A stretch of 64,000 nucleotides of DNA from Nitrosopumilus sp. (GCA_965204345.1 OZ241981.1:96001-160000); one strand, 5' to 3'. Positions 1 through 10,827 are shown, numbered from the stretch's first letter. Notes: generated by a model from the sequence alone, not told the origin. Program-made: numbers and translations.

Positions 1-138
1 TTTTACCTGCTGTATTATCTTGCAGGCCCGAAGATGAAGATGGAATTTTTTGGGGAATTGGACTGTAATGAATGTCATGCGTGGCGTGAAAAGTACGTTG
101 ATGTCCTAAAAACATTTGGAGACGATCCTGAAAAATAA
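1..138 (+). CDS. 3' end of a hypothetical protein (partial, runs off the window)
   Basis: Frame 1 is open from base 1: FYLLYYLAGPKMKMEFFGELDCNECHAWREKYVDVLKTFGDDPEK*, with a CxxC motif; stop TAA at 136-138. Confidence 0.55.
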   Translation, partial: FYLLYYLAGPKMKMEFFGELDCNECHAWREKYVDVLKTFGDDPEK

Positions 139-208
139 AGTCATGAAAAATATCCGAAATTATCTACGTTTTGTGTTGGTTAATATTTGCAATATTGTTT
201 TTACAATT

Positions 209-1207
209 ATGGCAAAAACATGGAAAGATGCCGATATCAGCCTTGATCCTATAAGGGATCAAACAATTGCCGTAATTGGCTATGGAATCCAAGGCGATGC
301 GCAAGCCAACAACATGAAAGACTCTGGTCTTGATGTGATAGTCGGTCTTAAGGAAGGCGGTACTAGCTGGAAAAAAGCAGAATCTGATGGTCACAAGGTG
401 ATGTCTGTTGCAGATGCAACAAAACAGGCAGACATTGTACACATGCTGATTCCTGATATGATTCAGGGCCAAGTATACAGGGATCAAATCAGGCCAAATC
501 TTTCAGAAGGAAAAGCACTGTCATTTTCTCATGCCGCTGCAATCTATTGGAAATGGATTGAGGCACCAAGTGATGCTGATTTAATCATGGTTGCCCCAAA
601 GGGACCAGGTTCCAAAGTAAGGGAAACATATCTTGATAATTTTGGCACTCCTGCAATCGTTGCAGTTGAACAAGATTTTACAGGAAAAGCTTGGGATAGG
701 ACACTGGGAATTGCAAAAGCGATTGGCAGTGCCCGCGCTGGATTGATCAAAACCACTTTCAAAGAGGAAGTGGAGACTGATTGGTTTGGTGAACAGGCAG
801 ACCTCTGCGGCGGTGCGGCCTCTATGGTTACAAATGCATTTGAGACTCTTGTTGAGGCAGGATACCAGCCGGAAATTGCATACTTTGAAGTCTTGCATGA
901 GCTAAAACTCATTGTAGACATGATTCAAAGATACGGAATTAATGGAATGTGGAGACGTGTAAGCGAGACTGCCAGGTATGGCGGACTGACACGCGGACCA
1001 ATGGTTATGGATTCTGCAAGCAAAGAAAACATGAAAAAGGTACTAACTATGATTCAGGATGGAACATTCAACAGCGAATGGATCTCTGAATATCAGAAAA
1101 ACGGCAAGGATGCATTTGACAGGCACATGAAGGTATATGACCAACACCAAATTGAAAAAGTTGGCAAAGAGATGCGTAAAATGATGTGGCCTGATTCCAC
1201 AGAATAA
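209..1207 (+). CDS. ilvC: ketol-acid reductoisomerase
   Basis: IAVIGYGIQGDAQA NADPH-binding motif, APKGPG, TTFKEEVETDWFGEQ, AYFEVLHELKLIVD; likely start is ATG 209 (MAKTWKD). Confidence 0.96.
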   Translation: MAKTWKDADISLDPIRDQTIAVIGYGIQGDAQANNMKDSGLDVIVGLKEGGTSWKKAESDGHKVMSVADATKQADIVHMLIPDMIQGQVYRDQIRPNLSEGKALSFSHAAAIYWKWIEAPSDADLIMVAPKGPGSKVRETYLDNFGTPAIVAVEQDFTGKAWDRTLGIAKAIGSARAGLIKTTFKEEVETDWFGEQADLCGGAASMVTNAFETLVEAGYQPEIAYFEVLHELKLIVDMIQRYGINGMWRRVSETARYGGLTRGPMVMDSASKENMKKVLTMIQDGTFNSEWISEYQKNGKDAFDRHMKVYDQHQIEKVGKEMRKMMWPDSTE

Positions 1208-1353
1208 TGTATGCTTATTACAGAGAATAAGTGATTTTTTCTTTTTTTTATTCCGTTATCTTTGATGTAAAAAGATTTTCTAAATTGAGACTACGTAATT
1301 TGAGGAAAAACTATAAGATTATCATTTCAATATACTCAATACGTAATTAAAAA

Positions 1354-3257
1354 ATGAGGGATATTCTAAAAGAAAGTGAAAAAAATCAAGCAGTTCTCAA
1401 AGAGCGTTTAGAATCGGATCCTGATCTAACTAACACAAAAAAAGAACTTTATGATCTTATAGAAAAATTAGAAAAAAATTAGATGATTGTGGTTCTCTAG
1501 ATTTAGTCAGTAAATTTGCATTAATTGAGTTACTGGCACAAACCCCATATGCTCATAATGATGAATATCCAGAAAGTGAAAACCCCTTTGGGTTATTTTT
1601 ATTAGGATTGTTTCTTAATCATAATAATTTAACCTCGTCATTTGAAGAAACTGATTTTCAAGATGTTTATAGTCTATTAGTTGAAATATTTAAAAAAAAC
1701 CAAATTCTTCTAGTTTTAAATAATATTGTTAATGCTAAAGGAAATCAATTATCTTTTCAGGCAAATTCTCAAAAATTACTGGATGATAATAATCCTCATG
1801 TTTTTTCAAAACAGAAAAATGAGTATACTTTAGCAATTTTTAGACCTTTTAATGAGAAGTTTGCCAAAGAACTGGGATTTACAATTGATGATGCATATGA
1901 TTTTGCAAAAATCATTCACATTAGACTAAATGCTGTTTTAAAATCTTCTTCTAAACAAGTGGAAAAAATAAAGAATGAAATCAAAAAAAAGTATGAGACT
2001 GATGAAAACTATCAAAAACTTCTAAAAGAATCGAATATGAAATTTGAAAATGTTTTTCATCAACACTTAAATCATCTTTTCTTAAAAAATTCTACTAATG
2101 CACTTACAATTGACTTTGAAAAATTATGTCAAATTTCAAAATTTAGCAACAATCAAAAAACATGTTTTAAAAATTATCTGAAAAGTCTTAGTTGTACCTT
2201 TAGTGAACAATTTGAATCTTTTAAGACTTCTAATGATGAAAATATCATTTACTATAAACCAATAATAAAATTAGATGAAAATACATTTTTTGTATCAAGA
2301 CCTGATGTTCTTGAACAGAGACTGGACGTTGTTTTTGAATATCTTTTGTTAGATGAAAAAATCAAAAAATCAGAACTTTGGACAAAATTTAATGATATAA
2401 AATCATCATATGTGGAAGAAAAAATCTTTCAATGGTTACGAAAAGTTTTTGGTCAAAAAAATGTCTATCGTAATCTCTATTATTGGATTGGCAGTGATAG
2501 GATGGAAATTGATATTTTGGTGATATATGGTGAAAAAATCCTTCTTTTGGAGGCTAAATCTGGTTTTATTCCTGTAACCGTCAAAATACATGGGGAAAAA
2601 ATCAAAAATAGATTAAAAGATTTGATAAAAAAACCATACAATCAGAATTTATCTGCTCAAAATTACATCTTATCTAATTCAAAGAGTGAATTTTGGAATG
2701 AAGATAAAACCAAGAAAATACTGATAATTGAACAAAAACCAGAACATGAATTTATTTTTCTAAATATTACACTGGAAATGTTAGGTGGCATTTACATGGA
2801 TTTGAAGCATTTAGTTGATGCTGGTTTTTACCAAAAAAATACTCTCTATCCTTGGTTAGTTTATTTTTTTGATCTGGAAGTTATTCTTGATGTCCTTAAG
2901 GATCCAATTCTTTTCATTCATCACATTAGAGAAAGAATGATTGTAAACGAGGAAGAGATTGTGGATTCTGTTGGCGAATTGTCTTATTTTGGGTATTATC
3001 TTAAACATGGAAATTTGAAAATACAAAATTCTGTTACTGACAGTTCTGATAGAATGATGTTTAATCCTTATAGAATAATGCTTGGTTCTGATTATATGTC
3101 TGATTTAGAAAAATATTATTCCATGGGTGAAAAAAAGCCAAATTTTCCTATGCCTCTTCAATTAAAGAGAGTATTTAGAGAACTCTATAAAATGAAAAAA
3201 CCCGGGTTTGTTGATGAAGGTTGTTATTTATTAGAAGAATTTTTTAAGAAAAATTAA
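1354..3257 (+). pseudogene. AT-rich PD-(D/E)xK/NERD-like nuclease-domain protein, frameshifted in an A7 tract (1472-1478)
   Basis: The ORF from ATG 1354 stops at 1482, but the frame of the 549-aa ORF is open back to the A7 run and one extra A joins them; motif MEIDILVIYGEKILLLEAKSG; visibly more AT-rich than its flanks. Confidence 0.6.
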
Positions 3258-3366
3258 CCATATGTAAGAATCATCTGTTAAAATATCGGATATGAGTTAT
3301 TTTTTGACGAAAAATTATTAAAATTGATCTAAATCACACGACAATCCACCCAATAGCCTTTTTTCC

Positions 3367-3789
3367 TTATATTTTTCTTAATTTAGACACACCAATTGTG
3401 ATGTGATCAATGATTGTTGACAATGGCGTACCTGGACCAAACACATGATCTACTCCTGATTTGACTAAATCCTTGTGATCAATTTCTGGAATTACTCCTC
3501 CTCCAACAACAAGAACATCTTTGATTCCTTTTTTCTTTAGTGCCTTGACCACCCTTGGGAACAGTGTTCCGTGTGCCCCATTTAGCAAACTCATGGCAAT
3601 TGCATCGACATCTTCATCTTCTGCAATCTGTGCAATCCTGTCCGGGGTTGCAAAAAGTCCTGAATAGATTACCTCCATCCCTGCATCCCTGAATGCTCTG
3701 CAAAGTACTAGTGCACCCCTATCGTGCCCATCTAGTCCCAATTTGGCAACTAGGATTTTGATACTACGCGATGCTGTCCTTTGTTTCAT
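3367..3789 (-). CDS. methylmalonyl-CoA mutase small (cobalamin-binding) subunit
   Basis: KLGLDGHDRGA B12-binding DxHxxG motif, GMEVIYSGL, VVGGGVIP, FGPGT; start ATG 3789. Confidence 0.93.
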   Translation of the reverse strand: MKQRTASRSIKILVAKLGLDGHDRGALVLCRAFRDAGMEVIYSGLFATPDRIAQIAEDEDVDAIAMSLLNGAHGTLFPRVVKALKKKGIKDVLVVGGGVIPEIDHKDLVKSGVDHVFGPGTPLSTIIDHITIGVSKLRKI

Positions 3790-3997
3790 GATTATAGTTG
3801 AATTTGGGATATATTTATTTATTAAAATCAACATTTGCTACTCATGCCAAGGACTGAATCCGAACAGACGTCTGTTTCAAGAATTGATGATATGATGGTT
3901 TCAATATTGCGGAGGAACTTGGAATTAATTAATTGCTACTTGCTATTTTTTTAGGATTATGATATTATTCAGTGTAATAATTACAGGAATTGCATTT

Positions 3998-4045
3998 TAT
4001 TTTTTACTGTTATTTTTTACTGTTATTTTTTACTGTTATTTTTTA
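3998..4045. repeat. 13-bp tandem repeat (TATTTTTTACTGT x ~3.7)
   Basis: Exact units at 3998-4010, 4011-4023 and 4024-4036, partial at 4037-4045. Confidence 0.85.
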
Positions 4046-4709
4046 TCATTATGCCCTCTTGGTGTTATCCTTTCCCTAATTATTCAGACATCCCTACAAA
4101 TTGTTGGAAGAAAAATACGAGTTATTTTATGTTGCTTTTAATTTCAGAAGCCGTGTTTTGTTTATTGGTTGTTATAATAAGAAGAATAAAATCCAAGTCA
4201 CAAAATGATTGAATTTTTATCAAACATCAAGACATTACAACCCAAGGTTTCTAGAAATTATCCTACACGCTAGAGAAATCAAACACATCCATGACAGAAT
4301 GATGAGGAGTTTTGCTGAAAAACAGCTATCAGATCATAAAAATCCGCAATAACCATAATAAATTATTTTCTGAGCATTATGATAACTATCTCAGTAGAGT
4401 GATATCTTGAGATCCTATGTTGCCTAAATTATCAGATAAATCATCTGATACAAAAACAGATGCTGAGAATGACTAAAGATGCGACGGCATTCTCTGGAGT
4501 TGATAAAAACTTGACAGAATGCAATAGGCTTGTTTTTGAAACCGGGGGGCCAATTCCACACACGTGCACAGGGTGTCCGTTGTTAGGGTCAGGTGAGCTT
4601 TGACAAACATTACATGTGTAAAACTGTGATGAATCACAATTTCATCCAGCAATGATGAATTGTGTCAGAATCCGATGAAAATATTGACAAAAAATATGGA
4701 AGTGTGGTT

Positions 4710-4946
4710 CTACAGGTTGTGCTTGAATGGCCTTGTAAGCTTGTATCTGCCGTCTTTGATTCTCACAAAGTAGACAGGCCTTTTCTGTGGGTTGCCTTTT
4801 CTGTGCCTAGAGGGGTAACTTGATGCTGCCCTTGCAGAAATGCGGCACGACTTTACCAGGTCAGTTGGATAAAATGGCTCTTTTAACTTCTTTGATTTTA
4901 TCGCCTTTACTATCCTAGAGTAGGTCGGGTGCAAGTTTTTCTTCAT
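4710..4946 (-). CDS. small basic hypothetical protein, possibly winged-helix DNA-binding
   Basis: 78 aa, Lys/Arg-rich, ATG start; the pattern EPFYPTDL...YFVRIKDGRYKL resembles a wHTH wing. Confidence 0.6.
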   Translation of the reverse strand: MKKNLHPTYSRIVKAIKSKKLKEPFYPTDLVKSCRISARAASSYPSRHRKGNPQKRPVYFVRIKDGRYKLTRPFKHNL

Positions 4947-5089
4947 GCAATAACTGCTGTATCATTGCCTTTTTTAGTTTTTGATTTTGCGGCTTTGTTA
5001 ACCTGAGGCAGGTTGCCATCTTGCCTTAATTGCCTGAAGATCTGTTGTTGCCTATCCCGGAATGAACCCAAAACGGTGATGTGAGAGAT

Positions 5090-5153
5090 TCAAGCGACAG
5101 AATTTAGGCGTAAAATTACTGATTTTAATAAACAAAATAAGGCAAAACGCACA
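5090..5153. repeat. dispersed intergenic repeat family 2, copy 1
   Basis: 25-bp exact core AAAATTACTGATTTTAATAAACAAA at 5112-5136 also occurs at 48041-48065, with similar flanks (CGAC.GAATTTAGG... and ...AAGG..A.AC.CACA). Confidence 0.8.
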
Positions 5154-5471
5154 TTGCTAGCTTGCATGATTTACCCTGATTTTTACTGCCCTGTTAAACA
5201 TGGTCCAAAAACATGATGAGTTTGCAGTGACTCGACATGTCAAAAGATGCTGCCAGATGATCAAGTGATAGCAGGCCCAGTAATATGACATCATAGAGAT
5301 ATTTTGTAACAAATTGAGCATGTTCTTTATGATGAATGTTAAAAAGGACTTAGTTATGGATTTGATATGCTCTTTTTAGGTCCTAATAGATCCACAAATT
5401 ATCTTCATAAAGGAGACTGGTATGACTCGTAATTGTTTCAAATTTTCATCTAACATGAAAAGGACTTTTTT

Positions 5472-5705
5472 TTATGGCAATTCATCAAAATGATATATAG
5501 AACCATCCACTTGACAGACTGGATAATCAAGCTGTTTTTGTAGGTCGCAAATTAAATTATTGTATGCTTTTATCTTAGAATCAGGGAGAGGAGGTCTATT
5601 AAAAAGCAACATGCTATATTCTACTGCAATAGTGGATGTATAAACAATCATAATACACATGGCTATAACCATTATTTTGTAATGTCCAGTTTTAAGGTGA
5701 AACAT
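5472..5705 (-). CDS. small membrane-anchored hypothetical protein (ICDLQKQLDYPVC motif)
   Basis: 77 aa with an N-terminal hydrophobic helix; shares a ~35-bp DNA block and the Cys-pair motif with the upstream paralog. Confidence 0.6.
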   Translation of the reverse strand: MFHLKTGHYKIMVIAMCIMIVYTSTIAVEYSMLLFNRPPLPDSKIKAYNNLICDLQKQLDYPVCQVDGSIYHFDELP

Positions 5706-6063
5706 TATGGGTACGCCTCAACACTTTGTTCAAGTTCATCAAAGCTAAACCTTAAATTTCCTATATTGCAAACTGGATAATCAAGCTGTTTTTGTAGGTC
5801 GCAAATGTATTGATGTAACCCTGCTCTTGAATATCGGCCATACTTGGCATGTGATAGTATCCAACACGATATGAAACTGCCAGTATGGATGTAACGGCTA
5901 GCACCGCACATAATGTAATGATTATTACTAGATAATATCTGGATTTAATTGTCTGTTTCGCTTTATTTTGTTTATCCAAATCAGTAATTTCACTCCTAGA
6001 TTTTGTACACTTCAATGGATAGAGTTCCATCACATTGACATGACTTGCATTTCCCATTAACAA
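5705..6063 (-). pseudogene. frameshifted tandem paralog of the 5472-5705 protein
   Basis: ORF 5761-6063 (TM helix ...QEQGYIN) joins ORF 5705-5911 (ICDLQKQLDYPVC...FDEL) if one base is added near 5806; true start uncertain. Confidence 0.55.
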
Positions 6064-6230
6064 TTTGTGATTTTCTGTCTGCTGTGATTATGTGGTTTGT
6101 AAGTGAATGTCCACATTCAGAACAGACACTTTTCTGTTCCACACCAATTCTGACTCTCATAGTTTTCATATCGTCCCCTTGCTGTTAAATTTTTGTTGCC
6201 ATGTATTGGATTATTGCTTGGATAGTGACT

Positions 6231-6392
6231 TTTGATGTATATTATAATGTCATACCAGGGCCAAAAAGCGGATTTGACAATCGCTGAACTGCACTTTGGG
6301 ATTTTTTGATGGCTGGATATCTAAGAAAATCATATCTTGACAATTTATTATCAAATTCCAGTAATCAGATCATCAAAATGTATCAAACCCGA
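6231..6392. mobile_element. degenerate copy of MITE-like repeat family 1
   Basis: Colinear similarity with 47745-47910 (ATTTGACA.TC.CTGAA.TGCAC, TTTTTTGATG, TAAGAAAATCAT, GAT.ATCAAAAT.TA.CAAA.CC). Confidence 0.6.
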
Positions 6393-6541
6393 ATTGAACT
6401 GTCTGTTTAAAACAGGCAAATGACACTAAGATTGAACAGTGTAGGAAATAGACAATTAATTTAACTAATTAAAGGCTTGATCTCGTAAACTATGTCTTAC
6501 CTCTTCACATATATTGATTTAAGATCAAGCAGTCCTAAGGA

Positions 6542-6805
6542 ATGCCTGAGAATGTTTGTGATTTTTGTAAGGGTGTGGGTTCTTCATCCTCACACGTCTG
6601 TGTCTATTGCAATGGCACCGGTGAATGGAACCAAGCTGCACAAGCATATGTAAAGAATCACATCTGTCAGTGTATCGTACTTGACAGAAAATTTTGTCCT
6701 GTGTGCAACAAGGCATGCCATCATGATACCTCATTAAATCCCAAACAAAAGATTGATCCCGGATATGGCGGCATGTCTGCTCCTGAGGTTCCAGTTATTG
6801 TCTGA
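6542..6805 (+). CDS. small Cys-rich zinc-finger protein (DnaJ-type CxxCxGxG repeats)
   Basis: CDFCKGVG and CVYCNGTG, plus CQC...CPVC...CHH. Confidence 0.85.
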   Translation: MPENVCDFCKGVGSSSSHVCVYCNGTGEWNQAAQAYVKNHICQCIVLDRKFCPVCNKACHHDTSLNPKQKIDPGYGGMSAPEVPVIV

Positions 6806-6930
6806 GTATGATTGAGCCTTTACTAACATACTCACACTTCTTATAGATGAGTATTGCTCTTAAATCATGCCTGAATATTATGAGAGTGATTGTTCTTCAC
6901 TGACTAATTTGATAAGGAAAATTATCTGGT

Positions 6931-7851
6931 GTGGAAATTAAAATGGATAACACTAATTCTGTCTGTGCCCGCTGTGGAAAAAACTCCCTGCTTACTGATG
7001 AGGTGACAGGAGAACAATTCTGTGGAAAATGCGGCTATGTAATCACTGAAAAATCCCAGGAATCCGGTCCTGAATGGAGGTCTTTTCAAAAAGACGGCGG
7101 TGCAGATCCTGCAAGAACCGGCGCCCCCTCATCACTAATGATTCATGATATGGGGCTATCTACTGTCATTAATCCCCTAAACAAGGATGCCTCAGGAAAG
7201 CCTCTCTCCACATCCATGAAAAGCACCATTGAGCGGTTAAGAACTTGGGATAGCCGAAGCCAGGTTCATGCCCCAGTTGACAGAAACCTGCGTCAAGCGC
7301 TAAGCGATTTGAACAAGCTAAAGGACAAGGTTTCAATTCCTGCAAACGTGCTGGAAAAAGCCGCATACATTTATCGCAAGGCATTGGAGAAAAAGTTGGT
7401 TCGTGGAAGATCTATCTCTGCCATGATTGCCGCATCCTTGTATGCTGCATGCAGAGACACTGAAACCCCCAGAACCCTAAAGGATGTTGCAGATGCTGCA
7501 AACGTAAAGCGAAAGGACATTGCAAGATGCTATAGGCTGCTTCATCACGAACTGGAGCTAAAAATGCCTGTTGTTGATTCTATACAGTGTATTGCAAGGA
7601 TCTCAAGCAAGCTTGAGATATCTGAGAAGACAAAACGGTACGCAGTCAAGGTACTAAAGGAGGCCCAAGAACGCAAAGAGTCTGCCGGAAAAGACCCTAT
7701 GGGACTGGCAGCTACTGCACTTTATCTCTCATGTGTTAAAAACGGCGTATCCATTACCCAGAGGGACCTTGCAGAAGCTGCCGGAGTAACTGAAGTCACC
7801 ATCAGAAATCGCTACAAGGGATTAAAGGCCGAACAGTCACAAAACCCCTGA
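6931..7851 (+). CDS. tfb: transcription initiation factor IIB (TFB paralog)
   Basis: Zn ribbon CARC...CGKCG, GPEWRSF, two cyclin repeats (LVRGRSI, GKDPMGLAA, VTEVTIRNRYK); start may be ATG 6943. Confidence 0.96.
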   Translation: MEIKMDNTNSVCARCGKNSLLTDEVTGEQFCGKCGYVITEKSQESGPEWRSFQKDGGADPARTGAPSSLMIHDMGLSTVINPLNKDASGKPLSTSMKSTIERLRTWDSRSQVHAPVDRNLRQALSDLNKLKDKVSIPANVLEKAAYIYRKALEKKLVRGRSISAMIAASLYAACRDTETPRTLKDVADAANVKRKDIARCYRLLHHELELKMPVVDSIQCIARISSKLEISEKTKRYAVKVLKEAQERKESAGKDPMGLAATALYLSCVKNGVSITQRDLAEAAGVTEVTIRNRYKGLKAEQSQNP

Positions 7852-7886
7852 TCTGTCTTTGCTATAGCTGTACGCCTTGATTTACA

Positions 7887-10427
7887 ATGGAAAATATACA
7901 TAAAGTGCAACACGATACTTTTGTTGTGGATACAGTCCCAATTAATTACCAGCTAACCTTTGAGCCTGATCTTAGGAAATTCACATTTGCAGGCTCTGAA
8001 TCCGTTTCTGTCAACTGCAAAAGACCTACTAATCTCATAACCATGCATTGCGCCGAATTGGAAATTGTTTCATGTCAGGTAAAATCTGGAAGCAAAACAA
8101 TCGGTTCCTCAATAAAATTAAATCCCAAAAAGGAAGAATTACAAATCAAGTTATCTGATAAGATCAAAGGAAAATCCACCATCAGTTTGGAATTTAATGG
8201 AGTTTTAAATGACAGGCTGCTGGGATTTTATCGCAGCCAATATACACAAAACGGCAAAATCAAATACCTTGCCACTACTCAGTTTGAGGCAGCAGATGCT
8301 AGGCGCGCATTTCCTTGCTGGGATGAGCCTGTGGCCAAGGCCACTTTTGAGATCTCAATCATTGCAGATAACAGGCTCACTGCAATTTCCAACATGCCTG
8401 TCAAATCAAAGAAGAAACTTGGCAGTAAGACCCTGTACAAATTTTCAAAGACTCCCGTGGTCTCAACGTATCTGGTTTATCTTGGCGTTGGCGAATTTGA
8501 ATACCTTGCAAGCAGAGTCGGGAAAATCCGGATTAGGGTTGTAACTACAAAGGGAAACAGGTCCAAGGCCAAATTTTCACTGGAATTGGCAAAGAAGCTT
8601 CTTGGTTCGTATGAAAAATATTTTGGAATAAGGTATCCTCTGCCCAAGCTTGACCTGATTGCAGTTCCGGATTTTGCAGCAGGTGCCATGGAAAATTGGG
8701 GCGCAATAACTTTCAGGGAGACTATTTTGCTATATGATCCAAAGACATCTTCTACAAGAACCAAGCAATTCATTGCAGAGGTGATCTCCCACGAAATCGC
8801 ACATCAGTGGTTTGGCAATCTTGTAACCATGAAGTGGTGGAATGACTTGTGGTTAAATGAAAGCTTTGCAACCTTTATGGCAACCAAGTTTGTTGACAAG
8901 TTTTATCCTCAGTGGGATCTGTGGAATCAGTTCGTTGAGGATGCCATGAATGTTGCCATGGGGCTTGATTCTTTAAAGACTACCCATCCAATAGACGTCA
9001 CAGTAAACTCCCCTGCTGAAATCCGGGAAATTTTTGATGCGATATCTTATGACAAGGGCGGATGCATATTAAGAATGCTTGAAAACTATGTTGGAGAGCC
9101 AAACTTTCAAAAGGGATTAAAAAAATACCTGTCTGATTTCAAGTATCAAAACGCACAGGGCCAGGACCTGTGGGATGCCATTGGCAAGGCCTCCAAAATG
9201 CCTGTCTCCTCTATGGTCAATACATGGTTAAAGCAGCCCGGATTTCCCCTAGTCCGAATCAGCCAGGACAGAAACACGCTAAAGCTAACACAGCAACGGT
9301 ACCTGCTTGAATCTGATAAGAAATTCAGCAAAGGGATATGGTCAATCCCCCTGTCTTTGGGACTGGAATCTGAAATCACCAAAAGACTGTTCACTAGAAA
9401 AACAATGTCCATAAAGCTACCTGGGAATACCTTGGGTTTTGTTGCAAACTATGGGAGAAAGGGATTCTATCGCATAAAATATGACGAAGGCATACTGCTT
9501 GATCTGAAGATGCTAGTAGACAGAAAACGCATCTCTCCCATTGACAGGTGGGCAATTCAGAATGACTTGTTTTCTTTGTGCGTCTCTGGCAATGAGCAGG
9601 TAAGAAACTATCTTGATTTTTCTGATGCGTATTTTGATGAGGACAGCTATCTTGCATCTGTTAATGTTGCCCATAACCTGGCGTCCTTGTATTTCCGTGC
9701 ATTTGATGAACCCTTTGCAGATGAGATACGCGATTACACCCTGAACTATTTTAGAAAGCTTTTGTCCAATTTGGGGTGGGAACCCCAAAAATCCGACAGG
9801 CATACTGATGCATTGCTGCGCTCATTTGTAGTCTCGGTGCTGGGCAGGATGGATGATGAGGATGTCACAGGCACGGCGCTTGCAAAATATAAGAAATTCT
9901 TAAAATCCCCATCCTCCTTGCCTGCTGACCTGATTGAAGCTGTCTGCTCCATTGCTGCATGGAACGGCGATGCAAAAACCCATGCCGAGCTTACAAGGCT
10001 TTACAAAAACGCAAAAACTATGGAGGAGAAACTCAGATTCCTAGGCGCATTATGCGGCTTTAGGGATAAAAAATTACTCTTAAAATCCCTTGACTTTTCC
10101 CAAACTTTTCATGTCCGTTCTCAGAACATGCAGCTGCCAATCATGAAAGTCTCTGCAAATCCTTACGGTGACAGGGTTTTGTGGCCGTGGCTGAAGAAAA
10201 ATTGGAAAAAATTAAACAAAAAGGTGGGACATGGCAATCCTCTCTTTAATCGCATTGTGGCAAGCATTACTGCCGTAGCTGATGCCACTATGGAAAAAGA
10301 GATCAAAACCTTTTTCAAAAACAATCCCACTCCCGGCACTGAGCGCACCCAATCCCAAACCCTTGAAAGAATAAGGATAAACTCAAAATTCCTCAGGCAA
10401 ATGAGAAAAGAGTTCAAGGATGGCTAA
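7887..10427 (+). CDS. M1 family zinc aminopeptidase (PepN/tricorn-interacting factor-like)
   Basis: TQFEAADARRAFPCWDEP, GAMENWG, HEIAH...WLNE (HExxHx18E); start could be GTG 7926. Confidence 0.95.
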   Translation: MENIHKVQHDTFVVDTVPINYQLTFEPDLRKFTFAGSESVSVNCKRPTNLITMHCAELEIVSCQVKSGSKTIGSSIKLNPKKEELQIKLSDKIKGKSTISLEFNGVLNDRLLGFYRSQYTQNGKIKYLATTQFEAADARRAFPCWDEPVAKATFEISIIADNRLTAISNMPVKSKKKLGSKTLYKFSKTPVVSTYLVYLGVGEFEYLASRVGKIRIRVVTTKGNRSKAKFSLELAKKLLGSYEKYFGIRYPLPKLDLIAVPDFAAGAMENWGAITFRETILLYDPKTSSTRTKQFIAEVISHEIAHQWFGNLVTMKWWNDLWLNESFATFMATKFVDKFYPQWDLWNQFVEDAMNVAMGLDSLKTTHPIDVTVNSPAEIREIFDAISYDKGGCILRMLENYVGEPNFQKGLKKYLSDFKYQNAQGQDLWDAIGKASKMPVSSMVNTWLKQPGFPLVRISQDRNTLKLTQQRYLLESDKKFSKGIWSIPLSLGLESEITKRLFTRKTMSIKLPGNTLGFVANYGRKGFYRIKYDEGILLDLKMLVDRKRISPIDRWAIQNDLFSLCVSGNEQVRNYLDFSDAYFDEDSYLASVNVAHNLASLYFRAFDEPFADEIRDYTLNYFRKLLSNLGWEPQKSDRHTDALLRSFVVSVLGRMDDEDVTGTALAKYKKFLKSPSSLPADLIEAVCSIAAWNGDAKTHAELTRLYKNAKTMEEKLRFLGALCGFRDKKLLLKSLDFSQTFHVRSQNMQLPIMKVSANPYGDRVLWPWLKKNWKKLNKKVGHGNPLFNRIVASITAVADATMEKEIKTFFKNNPTPGTERTQSQTLERIRINSKFLRQMRKEFKDG

Positions 10428-10827
10428 AAGACTAGGACCGCCAATATTTCTTGGTGTCTTTACTGTACTGGCCATTGTGTTTTTGACCGGAGGTGCAACA
10501 GACGACAAGGATGCCCTTAGGGAAACATTTCAAATTGAGGCAGTATACTATGATACTGGCCATGTGGAGATATCATATCTTGATAATTCTGATAGGACAA
10601 ATTCTGCCGTACTGGAAATTCTTGGAATGGACGAGTCTTTTCAAAAGACCTTTTCTGAATCTCAATTCGTTGAAATCGTTCCTTTTTCTGACGTTCCAAA
10701 GTATGGCTGGGCAATACATCCCATAGTCTTGGATATTCAGCATGATGAATTTGGACACATTCAATTAAAAACTGAAGTTCATCCCTTGGGTGATCCGGTT
10801 CCATCTGTAATCTACTCTAGACCCTGA
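10420..10827 (+). CDS. hypothetical protein with N-terminal membrane anchor
   Basis: 135 aa, hydrophobic N-terminus, overlaps the upstream stop codon. Confidence 0.8.
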   Translation: MAKRLGPPIFLGVFTVLAIVFLTGGATDDKDALRETFQIEAVYYDTGHVEISYLDNSDRTNSAVLEILGMDESFQKTFSESQFVEIVPFSDVPKYGWAIHPIVLDIQHDEFGHIQLKTEVHPLGDPVPSVIYSRP

